From an uncultured Flavobacteriales bacterium (GTDB taxonomy: Bacteria; Bacteroidota; Bacteroidia; Flavobacteriales; BACL11): 64,000 bases of DNA. The notes below the pieces were generated by a model. That model saw only the letters and a program-made list of their open reading frames with translations, searched no databases and was not told the DNA's origin. Shown here one piece after another: positions 1 through 8,543 of this stretch. The stretch spans positions 10,488 through 74,487 of the forward strand of contig CAJQJY010000003.1 in the NCBI GenBank assembly GCA_905478765.1, in the 5' to 3' direction. The translations under genes and the position numbers were made by a program. Position 1 is the first letter of the stretch. The number at the start of each line of letters is the position of its first letter.

Positions 1-828
1 AATTGTTTTTACATCTTTTGCTCCATATTTTTCCAATGAAATGTAAAACCTATTTAAGTTTCTTTCATTGGAAACTAAGGAGCTAAACCATAGGCAGTTT
101 TCAGTATAGTTTACACTTTCAATAATCATATTCTGTATAAACTGTTTTTCTCCTCCCTCACAAATCATTTCATCTGCCATTCCAGAAAAGTTAAGCTGTA
201 CTTTTTTTAATTTTTTACCTGTAAGATTTCTTACTTTTCGCATACTTCCTTTTTCTGCACCTTTTTTTGAAGCATGGAATGGAGGGTTGCAAATTGTTAT
301 GTCAATTTTATCATCTTCATTAATAATACCTTTAAAGATTTGGTTTTTATTTTCTTGAAAACGAAAATCAACTTTGTCTTTTAAGCTAGAATTTGAGCTT
401 ACTATTTTTTTAGCAGTTGCAATTGATTTCCTGTCAATATCTGATGCAATAAAATTCCAATTGTATTCACTTACTCCTAATATAGGGTAAATGCAACTTG
501 CTCCTACACCAATATCCAAACAAGTTATATTATCATTATTACCAAATAAATCAGCCATATAGTGTATGTAATCTGCTCTACCTGGGATAGGTGGGCAAAG
601 GTTAGTGTCAGGAAATTTCCAAAATTGAATTCCGTAATAATGATTCAACAATGATTTGTTAAGTAGTTTTACGGCAATAGGATTAGTAAAGTCAATAGTA
701 TCTATTCCAAGCTTATTAGTTTTTATATACTTTGCTAAATCCGGATTAAATTTTACTAAAGCCTTTAAATCGTACTGACCTTTGTTTTTGTTTCTAGGGT
801 GTAGTGTTGGTTTTTTACTTTCGGGCAT
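1..828 (-). CDS. rlmF: 23S rRNA (adenine1618-N6)-methyltransferase RlmF, partial (C-terminus runs off the window start)
   Basis: Absent from the supplied ORF track because it has no stop inside the window. Manual reverse translation from the ATG at 828-826 gives MPESKKPTLHPRNKNKGQYDL...CPPIPGRADYIHYMADL...DITICNPPFHASKKGAEKG...WFSSLVSNERNL. The frame stays open to position 1 (276 codons). The LHPRN, PGRADYIH and NPPFH motifs match RlmF/YbiN. Confidence 0.85.
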   Translation of the reverse strand, partial: MPESKKPTLHPRNKNKGQYDLKALVKFNPDLAKYIKTNKLGIDTIDFTNPIAVKLLNKSLLNHYYGIQFWKFPDTNLCPPIPGRADYIHYMADLFGNNDNITCLDIGVGASCIYPILGVSEYNWNFIASDIDRKSIATAKKIVSSNSSLKDKVDFRFQENKNQIFKGIINEDDKIDITICNPPFHASKKGAEKGSMRKVRNLTGKKLKKVQLNFSGMADEMICEGGEKQFIQNMIIESVNYTENCLWFSSLVSNERNLNRFYISLEKYGAKDVKTI

Positions 829-829
829 A

Positions 830-1171
830 TTAACCTTTCTTTACAAATTCTGATTTCAGTTGCATTGAACCAAATCCATCAATTTTACAATTGATATTAT
901 GTTCTCCTTTACTTAGGCGGATATTTTTTACTTTAGTACCTGATTTTACTGGTTTAGGAGCACCTTTTACAGGAAGGTTTTTGATAACAATAACGCTATC
1001 ACCAGTTTGTAAACGATTTCCATTGCTGTCCAATACGACTATTACTCCTTCCATTTCGACTTCCTTAGGACTCCATTCATTTGAACATTCTGGGCATGTG
1101 TAGGAATCATCACCTGTAGAATATCCATAAGGAGATTCACATATTGGGCAGGCTTTCATTTCTTCTGACAT
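830..1171 (-). CDS. yjdM: PhnA/YjdM family zinc-ribbon protein
   Basis: 113 aa. N-terminal CPIC...CPEC zinc ribbon followed by a PhnA-type C-terminal domain (GDSVIVIKNLPVKG...IRL). Its stop lies one nt from the rlmF start. Confidence 0.85.
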   Translation of the reverse strand: MSEEMKACPICESPYGYSTGDDSYTCPECSNEWSPKEVEMEGVIVVLDSNGNRLQTGDSVIVIKNLPVKGAPKPVKSGTKVKNIRLSKGEHNINCKIDGFGSMQLKSEFVKKG

Positions 1172-1176
1172 AGTTT

Positions 1177-2871
1177 TTATATTTTCAAATTCGTAATTTT
1201 CATAATCTCATCTTCCAAAGCACAAGCATCATTAACTAATTGTTGTCCTCTATCTAAAATATCAGCTACAAAGTCTTTGTCCTCACAATCGCCACAGTTA
1301 ATTTTAACATTCAGGAAAGCACCAATTACAGCAGTTCTAGCACACAATGCACCAACCCCAGCATCTGTCACCGAATTAGGATTTCCAAATTCAGCCATAG
1401 CCTTCATTACCTCCATTGAGTTGTAAGCTGTTTTCATAACCTTGAAAGGAGTGAGGATAGCATATTGGGTTGCTAATTGTATTGCCTCTTGTCTTTTTGC
1501 TTTTGTTGCTTCAGTATCTTTTGGTAAACGGAAAGCATCCATAATTTTATTAAATGCAATAGTATCTTCATCTACTAAATCTAATAAAATTCTTTGATAA
1601 GCCATTCCTTTTTCTGCCCATTCTGAGAATTCTTCCCATCTATCATCCCAACCTCTTTTATGTGCAGAAAGGTTCGCAACCATTGTCCCTAATGAAATTC
1701 CCATCGCTCCACAATAGGCAGCAATAGAACCACCACCTGGAGCAGGACTTTCACTTGCTGTTTCGTTTGCAAAACCAGTAAGGCTCATGTTTACAAGTGG
1801 CTTGTTGGCATCACTTTCCAACATGTATTCTATTATTCTTTCTTCAGGGTTAAAAGGAGCTAACTCATCTAATCCTAAAGTTTTAATTGCAATTTTTATG
1901 ATTTCATTTTCATTAATTCCTGTTGAGCGTTCTTGTTTTTTAAGGAAGTGTTTTCCTGCATCAATCAATACTTTTTTAGGTACTAAACCAATTAATTCTG
2001 ATCCAGTTACTCTCATCCCTCTAGCGATTGCACGCTCACAAGTTTTGTCGAATACTTCATGTAAAGGAGAGATGTTAATGTCAGTTAAGTTGTACGAAAT
2101 TTGTGCAATTCCATATTCTTCAATATACCAGCCAATTCCTTTTACTGCTTTAAAAAGTCCTGGAGTTTTTAAAGGATTTCCATCAGCATCTTTCATTATT
2201 TTTCCTGATAGAGTTCCTCCTTCTCTTTTTATTCTTCCTCCTTCACGAATGTCAAAAGCTACTGCATTTGCTCTTCTGGTTGAAGTAGTATTTAAATTCA
2301 CATTATAAGCGACTAAAAAGTCACGAGCCGAAATACCTGTTGCTCCTGATTTCTCAACTGTTTTGTTAAATTCAGAAGGACCAAAATCTGGCTTCCAATC
2401 CGCATCCACTAATTTTTTGGATAAGCCTTCATATTCTCCTTGACGACAGTTTGCAAGGTTTACTCTTTTTTCTTCTTTTGCTGCTGCTTCATAATGGTAA
2501 ACAGGAATTCCTAACTCTGTCCCTACTCTTTTTCCTAGTTTATGTGCCCATTTAGCAGTTTCTTTCATGCTAATATTTGCAATAGGTACTAGAGGACAAA
2601 CATCAGTAGCTCCCATTCTTGGGTGTTCTCCTGAGTGTTTGCTCATATCAATTAGTTCCTGTGCTTTTTGTATCAAAAGGAAAGCTGCATCAATTACTTG
2701 TTGTGGTTCTCCAACAAAGGTAATTACCGTACGGTTAGTTGCTTTTCCCGGGTCAACATTTAGGAGTTTCACACCATCAACTTCTTCCACTATTTGTGAG
2801 ATAATTCTTATTTTATCTTCATCTCTTCCTTCTGAAATATTAGGTACACATTCTATAATTTTCTTACTCAT
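1177..2871 (-). CDS. ftcD: Bifunctional glutamate formiminotransferase / formimidoyltetrahydrofolate cyclodeaminase
   Basis: 564 aa. The N-terminus IECVPNISEGRD is typical of formiminotransferase, and the helical C-terminal third is cyclodeaminase-like. This matches the FTCD fusion architecture. Confidence 0.85.
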   Translation of the reverse strand: MSKKIIECVPNISEGRDEDKIRIISQIVEEVDGVKLLNVDPGKATNRTVITFVGEPQQVIDAAFLLIQKAQELIDMSKHSGEHPRMGATDVCPLVPIANISMKETAKWAHKLGKRVGTELGIPVYHYEAAAKEEKRVNLANCRQGEYEGLSKKLVDADWKPDFGPSEFNKTVEKSGATGISARDFLVAYNVNLNTTSTRRANAVAFDIREGGRIKREGGTLSGKIMKDADGNPLKTPGLFKAVKGIGWYIEEYGIAQISYNLTDINISPLHEVFDKTCERAIARGMRVTGSELIGLVPKKVLIDAGKHFLKKQERSTGINENEIIKIAIKTLGLDELAPFNPEERIIEYMLESDANKPLVNMSLTGFANETASESPAPGGGSIAAYCGAMGISLGTMVANLSAHKRGWDDRWEEFSEWAEKGMAYQRILLDLVDEDTIAFNKIMDAFRLPKDTEATKAKRQEAIQLATQYAILTPFKVMKTAYNSMEVMKAMAEFGNPNSVTDAGVGALCARTAVIGAFLNVKINCGDCEDKDFVADILDRGQQLVNDACALEDEIMKITNLKI

Positions 2872-2892
2872 CTGTCTTTAAATTTATTTTGA

Positions 2893-2900
2893 CAAATATA
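2893..2900 (-). promoter_or_regulatory. Putative -7 promoter box for ftcD
   Basis: TATATTTG on the - strand matches the Bacteroidetes sigma-A -7 consensus TAnnTTTG, 21 nt upstream of the ftcD ATG. Confidence 0.4.
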
Positions 2901-2903
2901 GCT

Positions 2904-2938
2904 GTTAGTTACTAGTTGTTAGTTGACAGTTACTAGTT
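2904..2938. repeat. Five tandem heptamers GTTAGTT ACTAGTT GTTAGTT GACAGTT ACTAGTT
   Basis: Read directly from the sequence. Exact 7-bp phase, followed by a T run. Lies in the ftcD/queE divergent intergenic region. Confidence 0.9.
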
Positions 2939-2994
2939 TTTTTTCCTTATCCGAAATAAGCACATTATCTAATTATCACATTAACAAATTAAGT

Positions 2995-3002
2995 TACTTT
3001 TG
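2995..3002 (+). promoter_or_regulatory. Putative -7 promoter box for queE
   Basis: TACTTTTG matches TAnnTTTG and lies only 4 nt (taaa) before the ATG at 3007. Confidence 0.4.
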
Positions 3003-3006
3003 TAAA

Positions 3007-3636
3007 ATGGATAAATCGACAAAATCATTAGTAGATAAAGGAGAAATGCTCCCATTAATGGAAGCTTTTTACACAGTACAAGGGGAAGGATATTTCTCAG
3101 GTACTGCAGCTTATTTTTTGCGAATTGGTGGTTGTGATGTTGGTTGCCATTGGTGTGATGTAAAAGAAAGTTGGAATGCTGATTTGCATCCTCCAACCAC
3201 CATTGCTGATATACTTAAGGGCATTGCTGAATACCCTGTGAATACAGTTGTAATTACAGGTGGGGAGCCTTTAATGTGGGACATGTCAAAACTTACTACT
3301 GCCTTAAAAAATGAAGGGTATAAGGTTCATTTAGAAACCTCTGGTGCTTATCCTTATAGTGGTGATTTTGATTGGGTGTGTTTATCTCCTAAAAAGATGC
3401 AAGCTCCTTTAGATGCAATAAAACCTCTTGCCAATGAGTTAAAAGTTATAGTGAATAATAAACATGACTTTATTTGGGCAGAGGAGCAAAGAGCTTTGCT
3501 AGATGATTGTAAGTTATATTTGCAAGCTGAGTGGAGTAAGCGTGAGCAAGTTATCCCAATGATTATTGATTTTGTAAAAGAAAATAAAGATTGGACAATA
3601 TCCTTGCAAAGCCATAAATACATGAATATACCTTAA
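3007..3636 (+). CDS. queE: 7-carboxy-7-deazaguanine synthase (radical SAM)
   Basis: Radical-SAM cluster motif CDVGCHWCD and QueE-like length. I prefer the ATG at 3007 over the track start at 2923 (TTG). The extra 28 residues are translated from the heptamer array, and a -7 box lies at 2995-3002. Confidence 0.8.
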   Translation: MDKSTKSLVDKGEMLPLMEAFYTVQGEGYFSGTAAYFLRIGGCDVGCHWCDVKESWNADLHPPTTIADILKGIAEYPVNTVVITGGEPLMWDMSKLTTALKNEGYKVHLETSGAYPYSGDFDWVCLSPKKMQAPLDAIKPLANELKVIVNNKHDFIWAEEQRALLDDCKLYLQAEWSKREQVIPMIIDFVKENKDWTISLQSHKYMNIP

Positions 3637-5246
3637 TGAGAATTTTTATTCTGTTATTATTTTTATTACCTACCATTTCCTTTGCACAAAAGAAGGATTA
3701 TAAAACATATGATAAAGCAGTAAAATATTATAATGAAGGAAATAATGAAAAAGCAAAGAAATTAGCTTTTAAATTACTTGATAAAAGTGCTGAGTGGAAC
3801 AAACCAAACTTATTGCTAGCAAGTATTTTTGCTTCTGAAAAAAACATTGAAAAAGCAGCTGAATTTTTGCTGAATGTGTATTCTGAGGATAATCCTGATG
3901 ATGTGAAAGGAATTGAGGTGGTCGCTGATTTATATTACACTAATGGCTATTACACTGATGCTCTTTACTATCTTGCAAGCACCTTAAATCATGGTGATGA
4001 TAATTATCAAATTGTTTCAATGGCTACTTCATTAAAAATGAAAAGTTGCAAGTTTGCAATTGAGGCAATTAAAAACCCAACTGATATTGAGTTTAATAAT
4101 ATTGGGGCACTTATTAATTCTGAGATGAGTGAGTATGTAAATGCTATTTCTGTTGATGGAGAGAAATTGCTGTTTACCAGAAGAATTGAAGCTAATAAAG
4201 AAAGAGATCAAGAAGACTTATTTCTATATGATATAAGCGAACAATCAGTAAGTTCATTACCTTTTAATACTGAATATAATGAGGGTGCAATTACGGTTTC
4301 TGCTGATGGTAGTATGTATGTATATACTGCTTGTGATAGAGTTAATTCTATTGGGGGTTGTGATTTATACATTAGGCAATATTCTGATGAAAATGGCTGG
4401 ACAAAGGAATATAATTTAGGTAAAAATGTGAATTCAAAAATGTGGGAATCACAAGCTTGTTTTTCTCCTGATGGAAAATATTTGTACTTTATAAGTAGTA
4501 GAAATGAAGGGGAGGGACAAGAAGATATTTGGCGATCAGAAATCACAAAAGAAGGTTTCTTAAAAGCAGAAAATCTAGGTAGTAGTATCAATACTTCTAA
4601 ATCAGAAATGTCTCCTTTTTTACACCCTGATAACTTAACACTTTACTTTGCATCAGAAGGGCATGTAGGTATGGGTAGTGATGATTTATTTCTAAGCAGA
4701 AGAACGAAAACTGATGAGCAATGGAATACTCCTAAAAACATGGGCTTTCCAATAAATACTCATAATTCTGAGAATTCCTTAATAGTTGCAAGTGATGGGA
4801 AAACTGCTTATTATACTTCTGATAAATCTGGACATGGGCAAGAAGATATTTTTGTTTTTGAGTTACCAAAACAGGTTCAAGCTGAACAGATTTCTAACTT
4901 AGAAAAAGAAATTATTTCTCAAAAAGCAGGAGAGGAGGTCGTCTTAAAAAATGTAAGTTTTGAATCTAATTCAGCTGAGATAAATTCATCATCATATATT
5001 GAGCTTGATAATCTTATTGACTACCTTATAAAGAACCCTAATCTTAAAATTGAAATACAAGGACATACTGATGATGTTGGTAGTGAATTTGACAATCAAA
5101 GACTATCAGAAAAAAGAGCCAAAGTAGTGTTTGAATATCTGAGTTCAAAAGTTGCAAATACTCTAATTTTTAAAGGTTATGGAGAGATTCAACCTTTAGG
5201 AGAAAATAAGGCAGAAAACAGAAGGTCTTCTTTTGTTATTCAATAA
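3636..5246 (+). CDS. OmpA family protein with TPR-like and TolB/PD40-type beta-propeller repeats
   Basis: Signal peptide. Repeated SPDGKYLYF / ASDGKTAYY type PD40 motifs. C-terminal OmpA/MotB peptidoglycan-binding domain (GHTDDVGSEFDNQRLSEKRA). Its start overlaps the queE stop (TAATG). Confidence 0.8.
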   Translation: MRIFILLLFLLPTISFAQKKDYKTYDKAVKYYNEGNNEKAKKLAFKLLDKSAEWNKPNLLLASIFASEKNIEKAAEFLLNVYSEDNPDDVKGIEVVADLYYTNGYYTDALYYLASTLNHGDDNYQIVSMATSLKMKSCKFAIEAIKNPTDIEFNNIGALINSEMSEYVNAISVDGEKLLFTRRIEANKERDQEDLFLYDISEQSVSSLPFNTEYNEGAITVSADGSMYVYTACDRVNSIGGCDLYIRQYSDENGWTKEYNLGKNVNSKMWESQACFSPDGKYLYFISSRNEGEGQEDIWRSEITKEGFLKAENLGSSINTSKSEMSPFLHPDNLTLYFASEGHVGMGSDDLFLSRRTKTDEQWNTPKNMGFPINTHNSENSLIVASDGKTAYYTSDKSGHGQEDIFVFELPKQVQAEQISNLEKEIISQKAGEEVVLKNVSFESNSAEINSSSYIELDNLIDYLIKNPNLKIEIQGHTDDVGSEFDNQRLSEKRAKVVFEYLSSKVANTLIFKGYGEIQPLGENKAENRRSSFVIQ

Positions 5247-6729
5247 AAATATCCTTCTTGCATTTTGGCTGTTCACTTCCCCTCCAGTTAAATCCTTTTA
5301 AGTAGCGGTTCTTTTCTTCTACATCTTGGTAAGGTGTAGTTACTGAGTTGGGTTTTACTTCATAGTTTACAGCATCTAATTTACTGTCCTTAAAATAGAG
5401 TATTAAATCAGTGCACTCAGTATAATTGAGTCCCATTTTATCTTTTGTCTCCTCATCAGTTACTATAAAAATACTTTGTCCGTTTCCTTCTACATCCATT
5501 CTCCTCATTTTATTATCATTAAAATAAGCAGTCATATTTTTCCCTTTTATCTGATTGTAATCCAAAGAATCTTCTTGTGCTATTATCATTGGGCTAGGGT
5601 GGAGGAACATCCTACTAATCTTTCCTTTGTTGGCTAAGAACTGTATGCTGTCAGCAGTTATTTGAAATTCACTACTCCATAATATTGGCTCTTTGTACAT
5701 CTCAACTACTGAGTCTGTAAAATTATAGGTTAATGAATCGCATTTCCCTTGAAAATCAGTTTTAAAGAACTTTACTTTATTGTAAGCGAGTACCTTTTTA
5801 TCTTCTATCTTCTGCTGAGAAACAAATTGCTTAGCATGCATAAATACGGTGTCCTCTTCAAACAGCAACTTTAACATAGGTTTTTCACTGATGATTACTT
5901 TTTCTTCTGCTTCAAAGTATTCAGCAATCTCTCCAGATACAGTCATGTTTTCAACTGTATCAATAAGCTCAACATTACTGAATGCTTTTCCGTATTGCTT
6001 ATTTTTATTATAGTATAGACTATCTCCTTTTAGAAGGTAGTTGTCAGTAGTTATGTAAGAATTTTTTCTGAACTGTGCTATGTTAGTTTTGGTATTGTAC
6101 CAACCGTTTTCACAATAAATAGTTTTGGTGTCCGAAATGATAAAGGAAGGACCAAAAAAGTAAGTAACCTCACTGTTAGAATTATAGTGCATATTATCAG
6201 TAATTATTTTGTAATCTTTAGCCAAAACAACTACTGAATCTTTAAAAAGAAACTTATGAATATTGGAATGATAAGCACCTCTTTTTGAATTGATAGTTTT
6301 TTTATTATCAATAATAGTTCCTTTGCTAGGATAGGAGGCAATATTCGTGCTTAAATTGTAAAATACTTGCTCGGTATTTAAGGTCATATGCTTGTCAATA
6401 AGCATTACATCTCCTTTTATGTCAGCTTTGTTCTCTTTCCCAAAATAAGTAAGCATCTCTCCTGTAAGGGTAATGCTATCTCCTTGGTTGATTTTAATTT
6501 TCCCAAAGGCTTCCATTTTATTTTCAGTAATATAATGGTAAGCTGAATCGCATGTCATTATTGCATCATTATGCTTAAAGGACACATTCCCAATTAAACG
6601 CCAATAATCAGGATGAATATTAGCATTAGCATAAGTATTGTCAGCATTTAATATTTCAATTCTTTTACTGTTCTGAGCAATAGTGCTGATACTCAGAAGA
6701 AGCAGTAAAATATGAAAAAGAAGTTTCAA
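5236..6729 (-). CDS. OstA-like (LptD N-terminal-like) secreted protein
   Basis: 497 aa with a signal peptide and repetitive beta-rich sequence typical of Bacteroidetes OstA-like proteins. The function call is tentative. Confidence 0.6.
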   Translation of the reverse strand: MKLLFHILLLLLSISTIAQNSKRIEILNADNTYANANIHPDYWRLIGNVSFKHNDAIMTCDSAYHYITENKMEAFGKIKINQGDSITLTGEMLTYFGKENKADIKGDVMLIDKHMTLNTEQVFYNLSTNIASYPSKGTIIDNKKTINSKRGAYHSNIHKFLFKDSVVVLAKDYKIITDNMHYNSNSEVTYFFGPSFIISDTKTIYCENGWYNTKTNIAQFRKNSYITTDNYLLKGDSLYYNKNKQYGKAFSNVELIDTVENMTVSGEIAEYFEAEEKVIISEKPMLKLLFEEDTVFMHAKQFVSQQKIEDKKVLAYNKVKFFKTDFQGKCDSLTYNFTDSVVEMYKEPILWSSEFQITADSIQFLANKGKISRMFLHPSPMIIAQEDSLDYNQIKGKNMTAYFNDNKMRRMDVEGNGQSIFIVTDEETKDKMGLNYTECTDLILYFKDSKLDAVNYEVKPNSVTTPYQDVEEKNRYLKGFNWRGSEQPKCKKDIFIE

Positions 6730-6731
6730 AT

Positions 6732-7991
6732 TTATCTGAAAAGAGTTTGTTTTCTATCTGGCCCTACTGATACAATTGAGATTGGTGTTTCCAATACATC
6801 CTCCAACCAAGCAATATAATCATGCACTGCTTTGGGTGCTTCTGATAAATTTTCTAATTGCATTAGGTCCATATCCCATCCTTCAAGTTCTTTGTAAAAA
6901 GGTGTAAGTCCTTCATTATCTTCAAATGGCAAGTAATCAATTTGCTCTCCATTTAATTCGTAATGTGTACAGGCTTTAATATTGTCAATTCCTGATAAAA
7001 CATCAGCTTTCATCATCATTAATTGAGTCACACCATTTATACTGATTGCGTATTTTAGTGCAGGAATATCAATCCAACCACATCTTCTTGGTCGACCAGT
7101 AGTTGCGCCAAATTCATTCCCAATTTTAGCTAATCTTGCTCCAACTTCATCAATTAGTTCTGATGGAAATGGCCCGCTACCAACTCTGGTACAATAAGCT
7201 TTAAAGATACCAAAAACTTCTCCAATTTTATTAGGAGCAATTCCAAGTCCTGTACACGCACCAGCGGTAATTGTGTTTGATGATGTAACAAAAGGGTAAG
7301 ATCCAAAATCAATATCTAATAATGTTCCTTGAGCCCCCTCAGCTAAAATCTTCTTTCCTTCTCTCATGGCATTATGTATGTAATGCTCACTTTCAATGTG
7401 CTTGTATTTTTTAAGAGTTGCTAAACTAGAAAACCATGCAGTTTCTAATTCTTCTAATTCATATTCAAAGTCGTAAAAGTTAAGAATCTGAATGTGTTTT
7501 CTTTTTAATTTTTTGTATTTTTCTTTAAAATTAGGTGCTGATATATCTCCAACTCTAAGTCCGTTACGACCAGTTTTATCCATATAAGTTGGTCCAATGC
7601 CTTTAAGTGTTGAGCCAATCTTCTCTTTCCCTTTTGCTTTTTCTGATGCTGCATCAATCAGTTTATGTGTAGGTAAAATTAGATGTGCTTTTTTAGAAAT
7701 TAAAAGCTCAGACATTTCAATATCTAACTTAGATATTCCAATAATTTCGTTCTGAAAAATAACAGGGTCAATTACAACTCCATTTCCAATAAGATTAATA
7801 ACTCCTGGATGAAAAATTCCTGAAGGAATAGTATGCAAAACATGTTTTATTCCATCAAATTCTAAGGTATGGCCAGCATTAGGTCCACCTTGAAATCTTG
7901 CAATTATATCATATTTGGATGTTAAAACATCAACAATTTTCCCCTTTCCTTCATCTCCCCATTGGAGTCCTAATAATACATCTGCTTTCAT
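6732..7991 (-). CDS. purA: Adenylosuccinate synthase
   Basis: 419 aa. QWGDEGKGK P-loop, GIGPTY and GTTGRPRRCGW motifs. Confidence 0.95.
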   Translation of the reverse strand: MKADVLLGLQWGDEGKGKIVDVLTSKYDIIARFQGGPNAGHTLEFDGIKHVLHTIPSGIFHPGVINLIGNGVVIDPVIFQNEIIGISKLDIEMSELLISKKAHLILPTHKLIDAASEKAKGKEKIGSTLKGIGPTYMDKTGRNGLRVGDISAPNFKEKYKKLKRKHIQILNFYDFEYELEELETAWFSSLATLKKYKHIESEHYIHNAMREGKKILAEGAQGTLLDIDFGSYPFVTSSNTITAGACTGLGIAPNKIGEVFGIFKAYCTRVGSGPFPSELIDEVGARLAKIGNEFGATTGRPRRCGWIDIPALKYAISINGVTQLMMMKADVLSGIDNIKACTHYELNGEQIDYLPFEDNEGLTPFYKELEGWDMDLMQLENLSEAPKAVHDYIAWLEDVLETPISIVSVGPDRKQTLFR

Positions 7992-8006
7992 TATTTATTG
8001 AAATTT

Positions 8007-8465
8007 CTAATTAGTTATTTTGTCTTGACATTCTTGGCAAATTCCGTATAAATTTAATGCATGCCTATTTATTTTAAACTTCATACTTTCTTCAATTACA
8101 TTCTTAATTCCTTGTATTCTAGGGTCACAAAACTCTATTACTTTATCACAACTTGTGCAAATTAAATGGTCGTGCTGTTTGTTAGAATATGCTTTTTCGT
8201 ATTGAGCTTGTGCTTTCCCAAATTGATGCTTTCTTACTAAGTGGCAATCCAATAATAGATCGACAGTATTGTAAAGTGTTGCTCTACTTACACGGTAGTT
8301 TTTATTTTTCATCTGAATGTACATTGATTCTATATCAAAATGACCTTCAAATTCGTAAATTTCGTTGAGGATTGCAAAACGCTCAGGGGTTTTCCTGTGC
8401 TTATTAATAACTAAATATTCTGTGAATATTTCAGTTACAGTTTCAATTATTTTCTTATTTAACAC
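8007..8465 (-). CDS. fur: Fur family transcriptional regulator
   Basis: 152 aa. Winged-helix N-terminus, [12 protein letters not shown]...CQEC metal-binding cysteines. Apparent GTG start. Confidence 0.85.
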   Translation of the reverse strand: MLNKKIIETVTEIFTEYLVINKHRKTPERFAILNEIYEFEGHFDIESMYIQMKNKNYRVSRATLYNTVDLLLDCHLVRKHQFGKAQAQYEKAYSNKQHDHLICTSCDKVIEFCDPRIQGIKNVIEESMKFKINRHALNLYGICQECQDKITN

Positions 8466-8543
8466 TTTTGCGCATTGAATTACAAAACTATAAAAAATCC
8501 TTATTTGGTATCAATAAAAACACAATAAAGATATACTAATTTT

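Noticed and set aside
1787-2308. 173-aa ORF antisense to ftcD, and similar antisense or shadow ORFs at 891-1103, 2567-2881, 4208-4591, 9166-9372, 16865-17221, 42557-42862, 53612-54022, 56369-56662 and 60258-60719
   Set aside because: Each lies entirely inside a well-supported gene on the opposite strand. Each has low-complexity, Ser/Leu/Phe/Ile-rich composition typical of shadow frames in AT-rich DNA. None has a recognisable motif or promoter.
2923-3006. N-terminal 28-aa extension of the queE ORF in the supplied track (TTG start, MTVTSFFSLSEISTL...)
   Set aside because: The extension is translated from the heptamer array and promoter region. A TAnnTTTG box lies at 2995-3002 and a clean ATG (MDKSTKSL...) at 3007. 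The same logic was applied to the track starts at 13052, 31713, 44713, 52117 (GTG) and 59701 (TTG).
2941-3006. Possible preQ1 riboswitch upstream of queE (small hairpin CTTAT ccgaa ATAAG at 2946-2960)
   Set aside because: There is no match to the preQ1-I or preQ1-II conserved cores. The predicted promoter lies downstream of the hairpin, so it would not be in the queE transcript.
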